Assembly (NCBI GenBank): GCA_965262725.1
Contig: OZ253555.1
Span: forward strand, 2,624,001 to 2,688,000
Direction: 5' to 3'
Length of the DNA stretch: 64,000 bases
From: Dehalococcoidia bacterium
GTDB taxonomy: Bacteria > Chloroflexota > Dehalococcoidia > UBA2979
Shown: piece by piece, positions 8,284 to 18,582 of the stretch
Layout of the letters: the number at the start of each line of letters is the position of its first letter
Position numbering within the stretch: the first letter of the stretch is position 1
Notes under the pieces: model-generated
What the model saw: only the letters and a program-made list of their open reading frames with translations
Told to the model about the DNA's origin: nothing
Databases searched by the model: none
Program-made: the position numbers and the translations under genes

Positions 8284-9321
8284 GTGAGCGCGCGCGTAAC
8301 CAATCTCACGATTCTCGCGTTGCTGCTGCTCGAACTCGTGTCGGGCCTCGGCAGCCTGCTCGTCGGCAGCCCGGGGGGACGCTGGGTCTTCTGGCTGCAC
8401 GCAGCCGGCGGGGTCAGCCTCGTCGTGCTGGTGATCTGGAAGTGGCGGATCGTGGCGCGCTCGTTGGCGCGGCGACGCGCGGGGCCGTGGGCGATCGCGC
8501 CGCTCCTGCTGGGCGCGCTCTTCGTGGGGACGCTCGCGACCGGACTGTGGTGGGCGGCGGCCGGCCGCGGGAGCGTGCCGATCCCGATCTACGGGTCGAT
8601 GCGGCCGCTGGTGCTGCACACCCTGCTCGCCCTCGTCCTGATCCCGCCCTTCATCGTCCACGTCGCGGTGCGCTGGCCTCGCGCCCGCGCGGCCGACTTC
8701 GCGAGCAGGCGGGCCGCCATCCGGCTGCTGGGCGTGGGCGCTGGGGGGGTCGTCCTCTCGCGGGGCCTGGTCGGCGTATCCGCGTTCACCGGGCCCGCCC
8801 GCCGCTTCACGGGATCGCGCGAGGAGGCGAGCTTCGCCGGTAACGCTCATCCCGTCACCAACTGGCTGACGGATACGCGCCAGCGGGTCGACTCGTCGAC
8901 ATGGCGTCTGAGCGTCCGGGGCGAGGTCGACGCACCCCTCGAGATTGACTACGGGGAGATCTCGGCCATGCCGACGCGCAACCAGCGCGAAGTCCTGGAC
9001 TGCACCGGCGGCTGGTACACGCGACAGGACTGGGGCGGCGTGCCGCTCGGGGCGGTGATCGCGCGGGCACGTGCGGCGCCCGGCGCTCGGAGCGTCGTGA
9101 TCCGCTCCGCCACCGGGTATCACCGCCGTTACTCCCTCGACGCGGTGGGGCCCCTGCTCCTCGCGACGCACGTGGGAGGGGATCCACTCAGCGCCGGCCA
9201 CGGCTTCCCGGTGCGGCTGGTCGCTCCGGGCCGCCGGGGCTACCACTGGGTGAAGTGGGTGGAGGGAGTCGAGATCAGCGCGCTCCCCGCGTGGTGGCAG
9301 CCGCCCCTGCCGACGCAGTAG
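8284..9321 (+). CDS. Membrane-anchored molybdopterin-dependent oxidoreductase (sulfite oxidase family)
   Basis: N-terminal TM helices with His; LDCTGGW, HGFPVRLVAPGRRGYHWVKWV; start codon uncertain. Confidence 0.85.
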   Translation: MSARVTNLTILALLLLELVSGLGSLLVGSPGGRWVFWLHAAGGVSLVVLVIWKWRIVARSLARRRAGPWAIAPLLLGALFVGTLATGLWWAAAGRGSVPIPIYGSMRPLVLHTLLALVLIPPFIVHVAVRWPRARAADFASRRAAIRLLGVGAGGVVLSRGLVGVSAFTGPARRFTGSREEASFAGNAHPVTNWLTDTRQRVDSSTWRLSVRGEVDAPLEIDYGEISAMPTRNQREVLDCTGGWYTRQDWGGVPLGAVIARARAAPGARSVVIRSATGYHRRYSLDAVGPLLLATHVGGDPLSAGHGFPVRLVAPGRRGYHWVKWVEGVEISALPAWWQPPLPTQ

Positions 9322-9365
9322 CCGCCAGGCGCCCGGCCATCTCGGCGCCGTGCGAGGATCCGGCG

Positions 9366-10112
9366 ATGGACCCCAACCGAGGCTACGCGCCCGGGACCTA
9401 CGGCGACCGGATCGCCGCCGCGTACGACGACCTCCACGCCCACCTGGATCCGGCGCCCGCCGTCAAGGCGCTGGCGAACCTCGCCGGTGGCGGCCGTGTG
9501 CTAGAACTCGCCATCGGCACGGGCCGGGTGGCGCTCCCGCTGGCGGAGCGCGGCGTCGAGCTGCACGGCATCGACTCGTCCGAGGGGATGGTCGCCCAGC
9601 TCCGAGCGAAGCCGGGTGGCGGCGCGCTCCCGGTCACGATGGGCGACTTCGCCGATGTCGGCGTCGACGGAGAGTTCGGGCTGATCTTCGTCGTCTTCAA
9701 CACGTTCTTCGCGCTCCTCTCCCAGGAGGAACAGGTGCGCTGCTTCCGCAACGTGGCCGCACACCTCGGTCCCGCCGGGACGTTCGTCATCGAGGCCTTC
9801 GTGCCGGACCTGTCACGCTTCAACGAGCGGGGACAGTCGCTGCGGGCATCCCACCGCGGCGAACGTGTGAGCTTCGACGTCTCGCAACTCGATGCCGTGC
9901 GCCAGCGCGTCTCCACCAGCCTCGTCGTCATCGACGGGGAGCAGGTCGCGCGGTACCCGATCGAGATCCGGTACGCATGGCCCGCGGAGCTGGATCTCAT
10001 GGCGCGCCTCGCCGGGCTGCGCCTGCGGGAGAGGTGGAGTGACTGGACGGGCGCTTCCTTCACGCCGGCCAGCGGGTCTCACATCTCCATATACGAGAGT
10101 GCCCGGGACTGA
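9366..10112 (+). CDS. Class I SAM-dependent methyltransferase
   Basis: VLELAIGTGR motif I; PAELDLMARLAGL. Confidence 0.9.
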   Translation: MDPNRGYAPGTYGDRIAAAYDDLHAHLDPAPAVKALANLAGGGRVLELAIGTGRVALPLAERGVELHGIDSSEGMVAQLRAKPGGGALPVTMGDFADVGVDGEFGLIFVVFNTFFALLSQEEQVRCFRNVAAHLGPAGTFVIEAFVPDLSRFNERGQSLRASHRGERVSFDVSQLDAVRQRVSTSLVVIDGEQVARYPIEIRYAWPAELDLMARLAGLRLRERWSDWTGASFTPASGSHISIYESARD

Positions 10113-10186
10113 GATCCGACGGCCCCGGCCGTGATCTGGCCGGCCCGCGATGCCGCCCCGCACGTCACAGTTGGTGCCAACGAGCC

Positions 10187-10262
10187 TGGTGCCCCCAGGG
10201 GGAATCGAACCCCCGTTTCCACCTTGAAAGGGTGGCGTCCTAGGCCACTAGACGATGGGGGC
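10187..10262 (-). tRNA. tRNA-Glu(TTC)
   Basis: Cloverleaf with anticodon loop CTTTCAA, GGTTCGATTCCC, CCA end. Confidence 0.97.
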
Positions 10263-10540
10263 CGCTGGCCGCTCGAGCATATCAGCGTGGTGGCCGGGCG
10301 GAAGGCCGCAACCGCGCCGGCGGGCGAAGCACGCACCCGCCGCGGCAGTCCGGCGCTCGACACGCGGGCAGCGACGGCCGCGAGTCGCGGCCGCTCCCGG
10401 CGGGGGGAACGCACGCACGCGCGATGGTACAGTGCACGTTCCGTTCACGTGAGAGTGTCCGCGCCTCGCCACGAAGGCGGGTCGAGCGGTCCGGGAGGCG
10501 ACGGGCGAGGCCCGTCGCGCTGTCGAGGAGAGATCCGCCG

Positions 10541-12010
10541 ATGACGACCGACGCGCGGCCGACCAGCGACGACAAGCTCGCCTACCAGGGGCCGGTGACG
10601 GGGTACCAGCTATCGCTGCAGCTGAGCATCGCGAACAAGCCGGGAATGCTCGGCCAGGTGACGACGCTCATCGGCCGGCACGGCGCCGACATCCACAACA
10701 TCGACATCGCTCTGGCGGAGCCTGACTTCATCCTTCGCGAGTTCAGCATCTTCTGCCCCGACGAGACCCGGGCGAACGCGCTCGTCGCCGCCCTCGCCGA
10801 GACGGCGGGTGTCGAGGTACAGCACGCCTCCGACCGCACGTTCCAGCTGCACCGACACGGCAAGATCGAGATCCAAAACAAGGTCCCGGTCACGACGCAC
10901 GCGGACCTCTCCCACGTCTATACGCCCGGCGTCGGCCGCGTCTCGATGGCGATCCACGCGAACCCGGAGGCGGCCTGGTCGCTCACGGTGAAGTCCAACA
11001 CCGTTGCCGTCGTCACCGACGGCACGGCGGTGCTGGGGCTGGGCGACATCGGGCCGGAGGCTGCGATGCCGGTCATGGAGGGCAAGGCGATGCTCTTCAA
11101 GTCCTTCGGCGCGATCGACGCCTGGCCGTTATGTCTCGACACGAAGGACCCCGACGAGATCGTGCGGATCGTGAAGGCGATCGCTCCGGGCTTCGGCGGG
11201 ATCCTGCTCGAGGACATCTCGGCGCCCCGCTGCTTCGAGATCGAGGAGCGACTCAAGGCCGAGCTCGACATCCCGGTCTTTCACGACGACCAGCACGGCA
11301 CTGCCGTCGTGGTGCTCGCCGCCCTCATCAACGCGCTCAAGATCGTGCGGAAGCGCCCCGAGGACCTGAAGGTCGTGCTGATCGGCGTCGGGGCGTCGGG
11401 GGTGGCCTGCTCCAAGATCATGATGAACTTCGGCGTCCCGAACATCATCGGCTTCGACCGCTCGGGCGCCGTCTACCGGGGGCGGGACAACCTCAACGTC
11501 GCCAAGGAGTGGTTCGCGGAGCACACCAACCCGGAGAATTTCCAGGGCGCGATGGCGGACGCTCTCGTCGGCGCGGACATGTTCCTGGGCCTCTCAGGGC
11601 CGCGCATGGTCACCGGCGAGCAGCTGAGCCGGATGAACGACAACGCCATCGTCTTCGCGCTCGCCAATCCGGAGCCGGAGATCCGTCCCGAGCTCATCCC
11701 GAGCGACGGCCCGGTGCGCGTGATCGCGACCGGCCGCTCCGACTACCCCAACCAGGTCAACAACGTGCTCTGCTTCCCGGGCCTCTTCCGCGGCGCGCTT
11801 GACGCGCGCGCGCGCAACATCACCGAGGAGATGAAGCTCGCCGCCGCGCGCGCGATCGCCAACGCAATCCCCGACGAGCAGCTCTCGGAGGACTACATCC
11901 TCCCGTCGGTCTTCAACGAGTCGGTCGGAGAGGGCGTCGCCCAGGCCGTTCGCGACGAGGCAATCCGCACCGGAGACTCGCGCGTGCGCGGCTCGCGCAT
12001 CTTCATCTAG
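10541..12010 (+). CDS. NAD(P)-dependent malic enzyme with N-terminal ACT domain
   Basis: VYTPGV, VMEGK, FHDDQHGT, ALANP, TGRSDYPNQVNN; N-terminal NKPGML. Confidence 0.95.
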   Translation: MTTDARPTSDDKLAYQGPVTGYQLSLQLSIANKPGMLGQVTTLIGRHGADIHNIDIALAEPDFILREFSIFCPDETRANALVAALAETAGVEVQHASDRTFQLHRHGKIEIQNKVPVTTHADLSHVYTPGVGRVSMAIHANPEAAWSLTVKSNTVAVVTDGTAVLGLGDIGPEAAMPVMEGKAMLFKSFGAIDAWPLCLDTKDPDEIVRIVKAIAPGFGGILLEDISAPRCFEIEERLKAELDIPVFHDDQHGTAVVVLAALINALKIVRKRPEDLKVVLIGVGASGVACSKIMMNFGVPNIIGFDRSGAVYRGRDNLNVAKEWFAEHTNPENFQGAMADALVGADMFLGLSGPRMVTGEQLSRMNDNAIVFALANPEPEIRPELIPSDGPVRVIATGRSDYPNQVNNVLCFPGLFRGALDARARNITEEMKLAAARAIANAIPDEQLSEDYILPSVFNESVGEGVAQAVRDEAIRTGDSRVRGSRIFI

Positions 12011-12148
12011 ATCCGGCGCCCGCTCGCGCCGCGCGATCGGCACGCCCCTCCGCGTTCCTCGCGCGGAGAGCCGGCGTGCGTGGTGCTCACCGGCTGGCGG
12101 GTCCGGTGCCAGTATCCAGGACGACTCCAGGACGCTGGTCCTAACCCC

Positions 12149-12703
12149 TTAGCCGTACCGCTCCTCGGTCCAGGGATCGCCGTGCATGTGATAGCCGTAC
12201 ATCTCCCAGAAGCCGGGGCGCTCATCGGGCACCAGTTCCACCGCACGCACCCACTTCGCGCTCTTCCAGAAATAGAGGTGCGGGATCACGCCGCGGAGCG
12301 GCCCCCCGTGCTCGGCGCTGAGCGGAGCGCCGTCGTGCGAGTGCGCGAAGAGAACGTCGTCACCGCCCAGCTCGTCGAGGGGCACGTTGGTGGTGTATCC
12401 GCCGAAGCAGTGGAAGACCGCATGGCTCGCCCGGGGGAGAGGCGCGGCCCTCGCCAGCAGCTCGCTCATGAGCACGCCTTCCCAGGCGTTGTCGTAGCGG
12501 CTCCACGTCGTCACGCAGTGGATGTCCGTCGTCACGCGCGTCTGCGGCAGCGCCAGGAGCTCGTCCCACGAGAGGCTGAGCTCGTGCTCCACGAGGCCGA
12601 AGACGCGGAGCCTCCAGTCCGCGCGATCGATGGAGGGGATGCCACCGTAATGGAGCACCGGCCAGTTCGTGACCAGGCGCTGACCCGGCGGCAGGCGTCC
12701 CAT
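12149..12703 (-). CDS. Sulfite oxidase-like molybdopterin oxidoreductase (YuiH-like)
   Basis: RLPPGQ, DIHCVTTWS, HGGPLR, YFWKSAKW, GDPWTEERY. Confidence 0.9.
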   Translation of the reverse strand: MGRLPPGQRLVTNWPVLHYGGIPSIDRADWRLRVFGLVEHELSLSWDELLALPQTRVTTDIHCVTTWSRYDNAWEGVLMSELLARAAPLPRASHAVFHCFGGYTTNVPLDELGGDDVLFAHSHDGAPLSAEHGGPLRGVIPHLYFWKSAKWVRAVELVPDERPGFWEMYGYHMHGDPWTEERYG

Positions 12704-12855
12704 TCCGGACGCGCTCTCTCCAACCACGGCTAACCCCCTCGCACGCGACCAGGCGATCGTAGGGCCGGAGTCACGCTCCCTCAACCGCGCCCCGCGCCCC
12801 CGCCGTCGTCGTCTCTCGCGCTGTCCACTCAGGCGAAGTCCCGTACGATGGGGGT

Positions 12856-13407
12856 GTGAGGCTCCCATCCCCGCTGCGCGCCGCTCCCGATCCCCCGACC
12901 CGCCACGCACGCGGGGCGCGTCTCACCGTCTTCGCGGCGATTGCGGCGGTGGTGGTCGCTCTCGATCAAGCCACGAAGGTCGGGGTGCGCGCGTGGCTCG
13001 ACGAGGGGGAGCGCTGGCCGCCAGGCGCCGAGCTGATCCGCATCACCCACGTCGAGAACTCGGGCGCCGCCTTTGGAATCCTGGAGGGCGCCGGAGGGAT
13101 CCTCCTGCTCGCCTCGGCGGTGGCGGCGATCCTGGTGATCGCCTACCTGTGGGTAGCGCCCCGCGACGAGCCGCTCACCGGCCTCGCCCTGACGCTCGTG
13201 CTCGGTGGCACGGTGGGCAATCTCATCGACCGCGCCGGCCGCGGCACCGTCACGGACTTCATCGACCCCAGCCACTACCCTGCCTTCAACGTGGCGGACT
13301 CCGCGATCGTCGTGGGGGTCGTCGCACTCGTCGTCCTCAACCTGTTCGCCGCTCGCCGGGATCCACCGCGCTCCGGCCGAGACGACGAGACCGTGGAGCG
13401 CCTGTGA
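12856..13407 (+). CDS. lspA: Lipoprotein signal peptidase II
   Basis: DQATK, NSGAAFG, GNLIDR, VTDFI, FNVADS. Confidence 0.95.
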   Translation: MRLPSPLRAAPDPPTRHARGARLTVFAAIAAVVVALDQATKVGVRAWLDEGERWPPGAELIRITHVENSGAAFGILEGAGGILLLASAVAAILVIAYLWVAPRDEPLTGLALTLVLGGTVGNLIDRAGRGTVTDFIDPSHYPAFNVADSAIVVGVVALVVLNLFAARRDPPRSGRDDETVERL

Positions 13408-14396
13408 GCGAGACCGCAGGATCCGAATGCCGCAGCGCGGCGCCCTCGGGAGGTGTGCGCCGTTTCCAGGCGCCACGCGCGGGGCGACTGGATCGCCTCG
13501 TCGCGACGGAGGTGCCGGAGCTCGCGCGGGCCCAGGCGAGGCATCTCGTTGAGGAGGGCGCAGTGTCGGTCTCCGGCGTCGTCCAGCGCCTCCCCTCGCA
13601 CCGCGTGCGGGAGGGCGACCTCGTCGAGGTCGAGCTTCCCGTGCGGCGTGATCCGCTCGAGCGCGATGTCGATCGCCTCGCGGAAGACGTGCCCCTGGCC
13701 GTCCTGTACGAGGACGAGGAGACGCTCGTCATCGACAAGCCAGCGGGCCTCGTCGTCCACCCCCGTGACGGCGTCATGGGCGTGACGCTCGTCAACGTCG
13801 TGCGCGCGCGCTACCCGGAGGTGCGCCGGATCGGCGACGGCAACCGTCCCGGAGTCGTGCACCGGCTCGATCGCGACACGTCGGGGGTGATGGCGTACGC
13901 GAAGTCACTGGCGGCGCAGGAGGCGCTGAAGGCGCAGTGGAAGGCGCGCGAGACCCTGAAGCTCTACGTGGCGGTCGTGGCGGGTGCGATCGACCCCCCG
14001 GCCGGCATCATCGACGCGCCGATCGGCCCCGACCCGGCGGACCCATCGCGGCGCGCCGTCGTCGAGGACGGATCCTCGGCCCTCTCCGAATACCACACAC
14101 GGGAGCGCTACGGGAGCGAGGCGACGCTGCTTTCGGTGCGCATCCAGACCGGGCGGACGCACCAGATCCGCGTGCATCTCTCCGCCGTCGGGCACCCGGT
14201 GTGGGGAGACGAGCTCTACGGATCCCCGTCGTCGCTTATCGGTCGGCAGGCCCTGCACGCATCGAGGCTGGGATTCGTCCTGCCGTCGACGGGCGAGTGG
14301 CGCGAGTTCGAGGCGCCTCTTCCGGAGGATATGCGGACGCTGGTCGACGGGATGAGGAGCCGCCACGGAGTGTCTGCCGAGGCGTCGACGCGATGA
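13404..14396 (+). CDS. rluD: RluA/RluD-family pseudouridine synthase with S4 domain
   Basis: RLDR S4 start, DKPAGLVVHP, HRLDRDTSG, TGRTHQIRVH, QALHA; follows lspA. Confidence 0.9.
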   Translation: MSETAGSECRSAAPSGGVRRFQAPRAGRLDRLVATEVPELARAQARHLVEEGAVSVSGVVQRLPSHRVREGDLVEVELPVRRDPLERDVDRLAEDVPLAVLYEDEETLVIDKPAGLVVHPRDGVMGVTLVNVVRARYPEVRRIGDGNRPGVVHRLDRDTSGVMAYAKSLAAQEALKAQWKARETLKLYVAVVAGAIDPPAGIIDAPIGPDPADPSRRAVVEDGSSALSEYHTRERYGSEATLLSVRIQTGRTHQIRVHLSAVGHPVWGDELYGSPSSLIGRQALHASRLGFVLPSTGEWREFEAPLPEDMRTLVDGMRSRHGVSAEASTR

Positions 14397-15901
14397 GCGG
14401 TCTCCCGCAGTCCGAGCAGGCGCGAGACGGCAGCCCCCCGAGGCTGCGCTACGCGCCGAGCCCGACCGGCGACCCGCACGTCGGGAACATCCGGACCGCG
14501 CTCTGGAGCTGGCTCCACGCGCGGCGATACGGCGGCTCCTTCATCGTGCGCATCGAGGACACCGATCAGGCGCGCGCCATCGCCGGCGCCGACGAGCGCA
14601 TCATGGACTCGCTCCGCTGGCTCGGGATCGACTGGGATGAGGGGCCGGGCGCTGGCGGGCCGCACGCTCCCTACGTGCAGTCGCAACGACTTCCCCTCTA
14701 CCGAGACGCGGCGGCGCGGCTGATGGCGGCCGGGCTGGCCTACCGTTGCTTCGACACGCCCGAGGAGCTGGCCGCGATGCGCGCGGAGCAGCGGGCGGAG
14801 AGCCGCCCCATCGGCTACGACGGCCGCTGCCGCTCCATTCCCCGCGCCACCTCCGACGCGCGTGCCTCGGCAGGGGAGGGCTTCGTGGTGCGCTTCCGCA
14901 TGCCCGACGACGGCGTGACGGTCTTTCGCGACGCGATCCGCGGCGACATCCAGGTGGAGAACGCCACGCTCGACGACTTCGTGATCCTGAAGTCGGACGG
15001 CTTCCCCACCTACCACCTTGCGCACGTGGTCGACGACCACGAGATGGAGATCACGCACGTCACGCGCGGCGACGAGTGGATCCCCTCCACGCCACGTCAC
15101 GTGCGGCTGATCGAGGCCCTGGGCTGGGAACCACCCGCCTACGTCCACACGCCCGTGATCCTCGGCCCCGACGGCGGCAAGCTGTCCAAGCGCCACGGCG
15201 CGCGCTCCGTCCTGGAGTACGCCGAGGAGGGGTTCCTCCCGGAGGCTCTCGTGAACTTCCTCGCGATTACCGGCTGGGCCCTCGACGACCACACCGAGAT
15301 ACTCTCGCGGGAGGAGCTCACCCGGAGCTTCGACATCGGCGACCTCGTGCCGAACCCGGCGGTCTTCGACACGCAGAAGCTCGAGTGGATGAACGGCGCC
15401 TACCTGCGTCGTCTCGACGCGAGCCGGCTCGCCGATCTGTTCGAGGAGCGGCTGACGCGCGATCTCGCGGGCAGGGCCGGACTGCCTCTCGATCGCTCGC
15501 TGGTCGAAGCCACCGTGCCGCTCGTCCGGGAGCGCATCAAGCGGCTCTCCGAGCTGGCCCCGATGGTCGATTTCCTCTTCACCGGTGAGATCGCGGCCCC
15601 GGACGCGGGGACGCTGCTCGCGAAGGCATATCGCGGCCGACGGTCGGACGCCGAGGATGCGCTCGGCGTCTGCCACGAGGCGCTCGACGCGCTCGAGGGC
15701 TGGGCGCACGAGGCCATCGAAGCGGCTCTGCGCGCAACCGCCGCGGAGATCGGGGAGCGCGCCGGGTCGCTGTTCATGCTCTGCCGCGTCGCACTCACCG
15801 GCCGCGCCGTGACGCCGCCGCTCTTCGAGACCATGGAACTGGTCGGCCGTGACCCCACGCTGGCACGGCTTCGCTCGGCACAGGAGATGCTCCGCCCGTA
15901 G
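14393..15901 (+). CDS. gltX: Glutamate--tRNA ligase
   Basis: RYAPSPTG, HVGN, RIEDTD, KLSKR. Confidence 0.97.
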   Translation: MSGLPQSEQARDGSPPRLRYAPSPTGDPHVGNIRTALWSWLHARRYGGSFIVRIEDTDQARAIAGADERIMDSLRWLGIDWDEGPGAGGPHAPYVQSQRLPLYRDAAARLMAAGLAYRCFDTPEELAAMRAEQRAESRPIGYDGRCRSIPRATSDARASAGEGFVVRFRMPDDGVTVFRDAIRGDIQVENATLDDFVILKSDGFPTYHLAHVVDDHEMEITHVTRGDEWIPSTPRHVRLIEALGWEPPAYVHTPVILGPDGGKLSKRHGARSVLEYAEEGFLPEALVNFLAITGWALDDHTEILSREELTRSFDIGDLVPNPAVFDTQKLEWMNGAYLRRLDASRLADLFEERLTRDLAGRAGLPLDRSLVEATVPLVRERIKRLSELAPMVDFLFTGEIAAPDAGTLLAKAYRGRRSDAEDALGVCHEALDALEGWAHEAIEAALRATAAEIGERAGSLFMLCRVALTGRAVTPPLFETMELVGRDPTLARLRSAQEMLRP

Positions 15902-15966
15902 ATGTGGCTTCCGGGTCGGTGCCGGTGACGTCCCGCGCGCATGGCCTGACCCTGAGCACGGACAGG

Positions 15967-17442
15967 CTATACGAGTCTCGGGCGAAGGGCCTCGGCTTCT
16001 TCGACCTCTTCCACTTCCATGAGCAGGGCCGGGAGAATCGCAACGAGGGCGAGGACACCTGCGATCGCAAAGAGGTTCTGGAAGACCGTTACCCCTGCTT
16101 CGATCAGGGGGGCCTGCGTCTCTTCGAACGTCTCTCCAATCGTCGCGTGCGCGGTCAGGCTGTAGAAGCGCTCTATCCCCCAGGCGGACAGCGCCGCGAG
16201 CCCGAGCGCCATCCCCACCATTCGCGACGCGGTGACCAACGAGGCCGCAGCGCCCCAGTAGTGACTCGGTGCTGCGCTCAAGGCGCTCACGGCAATGGGC
16301 GGGATGACCAGTCCAAACCCCAGGCCCGCAGTGACCAACGGGACCGTGAGCCTCAGCTGGTCCACCTCCGTCTCCCAGCCACTCATGAACAGGAGGCCGA
16401 CGCCAATAAACGCCAGGCCGGTTGCGCACACGGTCCTCACGCCTGTCCAGCGCAGGATGTAGCCTCCGACCACCGCCCCCACCGGAATGACGGCTGTCAG
16501 GCGGACGAGGTGGAGGGCGCTCTCCCACGCTGGCTTCTCCATGACGGTGGCGGCCATCAGGGGAACGGCGACGAGAGAGATGATCAGGGCGATTCCCACC
16601 AGGAACTGGGTCACGTTGGACGATAAGAACGCCTTCGACCTGTACAGGAAGGACGCCAGCAATGGCTGGACCGCCCGTCTCTCGATCGCGATCAGGACGA
16701 GGACCAGGACGACTGCCACGCTGAGCAAGAGATAGGGGACCACGGAATCCCCCGAGAAGATGCTCCTTTGGGACAGAGCCACGGTGAGAACGGTGAGTGC
16801 CCCGCCCAGCGTGAGCGCCCCGACGTAGTCCATCTTGGCCTGAGGATGGGCACGATTCGACAGGATGGCAAGAAGCGCTATCAGGACGAGGCTCTGGGGT
16901 ACGTCCAGCCAGAATATCCACCGCCAGCCGATCAATTCGATGATCGCCCCTCCATAGATGGGACCCAGGACGGACCCGGCTTCAGCCGCGGCCGCCACGA
17001 GTCCCAGTGCGACCCCCCTCTTCTCCGGCGCTACCGCTCCCACCGCCATGGCCAGACCGATGGGGACCGTGGCGCCGCCTCCGAAGGCCTGGATCACCCT
17101 GGCGAACACGATCCAGTGGAAGTTCGGCGCGACCGCCACCAACGCCGAACCGATGGCGAACAAGAGGAGCGCCGCCTGGAACACCCTGACGCGGCCGTAG
17201 ACGTCGGACAGGCGCCCTGCCAGTGGCATCGCCACGGTGTAGCTGACCAGATACGCGGTCACGATCCATGACGCCCTGTCGAGGTCCGTCAGGGGGATTT
17301 CCAGGTCCACCATCACGCTGGGCAGCGCGGCAACCACCACCGTCTGGTCCAGGGCGGTCGAGAATACGCCCAGGCAGAGAATCCCCAGGACCACCGGCGG
17401 GGAAGAACCGAGTGCCGAGAGGCCAGACCGAGCGGAGTTCAC
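15967..17442 (-). CDS. MFS transporter (DHA2-like, resembles P55/Rv1410c)
   Basis: LDQTVVVAALP, GRLSDVYGR, WRWIFW, RMVGMALGLAALSAWG; many TM segments. Confidence 0.9.
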   Translation of the reverse strand: MNSARSGLSALGSSPPVVLGILCLGVFSTALDQTVVVAALPSVMVDLEIPLTDLDRASWIVTAYLVSYTVAMPLAGRLSDVYGRVRVFQAALLLFAIGSALVAVAPNFHWIVFARVIQAFGGGATVPIGLAMAVGAVAPEKRGVALGLVAAAAEAGSVLGPIYGGAIIELIGWRWIFWLDVPQSLVLIALLAILSNRAHPQAKMDYVGALTLGGALTVLTVALSQRSIFSGDSVVPYLLLSVAVVLVLVLIAIERRAVQPLLASFLYRSKAFLSSNVTQFLVGIALIISLVAVPLMAATVMEKPAWESALHLVRLTAVIPVGAVVGGYILRWTGVRTVCATGLAFIGVGLLFMSGWETEVDQLRLTVPLVTAGLGFGLVIPPIAVSALSAAPSHYWGAAASLVTASRMVGMALGLAALSAWGIERFYSLTAHATIGETFEETQAPLIEAGVTVFQNLFAIAGVLALVAILPALLMEVEEVEEAEALRPRLV

Positions 17443-18194
17443 GGTCCGGAGGCTACGTCGGGAAGTTGGATGTCAACGGGGCCGTTGATGCCCGAGATGA
17501 TCAGGAGGCGCGTCGTCTCCGCCGCGTCGTCATCGAAGACCCGGCCGGCGATTCTCATCTGTCGCAACGTGTGCTCGGCCTCATCAATCCACAGGGTCAA
17601 TGCGATGGCGTGACCCGAGCCCACCCCCGTGATCAGGCTCGAGAGATCTTCGGACATGATGGTCCCATCCACGCGGATGGCCTGGGCACCCTGTACCGCC
17701 TCTCGACCGGTGATCGCCGCGTCCGTGATGACCGGCAGCAGGTCGCGCAAGATTTCGCCGACGCCCCCGAAATTGAAGGGCACCTGCTCCAGGGGCAGGG
17801 GGAGCCACGGCGCGTCCGCGGCGAACTTCATGTACGCCTGTTCGCCGACGGCCAGCATTTCGACTTCCGCGAATCCCAGACCCGGGGCCACAACATCCAC
17901 CAGCATTCTGAAGCTATCGGGGGATCTGATTTCCCCCTCCATGCTCTTGAAAGTCGTCCCGAAGAACTTTGCTCCCGTTTCCAATTCGTCGACCATCTGG
18001 AACTGTGCCGTCGACATCGTGGCGAGCTTCTGCCCGGCACTCGCAAGCAAGTCATCCACCGAGACAGCACCCGGCGTGGGACTCGGCTCAGCGGTGGACG
18101 TTGAGTCCGATCCACACGCGGCTCCTACGAACAGGACGCCGAAGGCCAACACGGTGAGGGCGAGACTGCGGAGTGATGTCGCGGACCGGTTCAT
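17439..18194 (-). CDS. LppX/LprAFG-family lipoprotein
   Basis: Lipobox GAAC; beta-rich LolA-like pattern; C-terminal INGPVDIQLP; overlaps the MFS start. Confidence 0.75.
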   Translation of the reverse strand: MNRSATSLRSLALTVLAFGVLFVGAACGSDSTSTAEPSPTPGAVSVDDLLASAGQKLATMSTAQFQMVDELETGAKFFGTTFKSMEGEIRSPDSFRMLVDVVAPGLGFAEVEMLAVGEQAYMKFAADAPWLPLPLEQVPFNFGGVGEILRDLLPVITDAAITGREAVQGAQAIRVDGTIMSEDLSSLITGVGSGHAIALTLWIDEAEHTLRQMRIAGRVFDDDAAETTRLLIISGINGPVDIQLPDVASGP

Positions 18195-18582
18195 CCACTA
18201 GCTCCACGACCCCGTGGCTGGCGGAGTGACAGTCGTCTCACCACGAGAGGCGCTCTCCTCCACGTGAATCACCTGCACATGGTCTCCGCGCGGGCGGCGA
18301 TCCGATCCCATGCCCCCTGCTGCGGCCGAAAGGGCGGCCGCGAGCGACGCGGCAGTGGACGGTGCGCGTCATCGCTGCACGATAGTACCGGATTGCCGGC
18401 CCACGGAGCGGGATGCGGGAAGCTACCGGCCAACGGTCGGTCATCCGTTCCCAGCGGCTGCGAAGCAACGGCACCTTCGAGGCCGAGCGAGCACCGGAAC
18501 CGCGGCGGCTGGCCACCCCCCGGATTCTGAACTATAGAATGGCCTGCCATGAACCACGTGCTTCCCAGGCTGAGCTGGCTGA

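Noticed and set aside
10172-10193. TGGTGCC repeated 15 nt from the tRNA-Glu(TTC) 3' end as an att scar
   Set aside because: Only 7 bp in high-GC DNA; not distinguishable from chance
14216-16921. 901-aa minus-strand ORF and other long shadow ORFs (e.g. 48501-50381)
   Set aside because: Antisense or off-frame to well-supported genes; Arg/Pro/Gly-rich text typical of high-GC non-coding frames
18200-18580. Riboswitch or ncRNA upstream of the lipoprotein gene
   Set aside because: Only generic GC-rich pairing; no recognisable family motif
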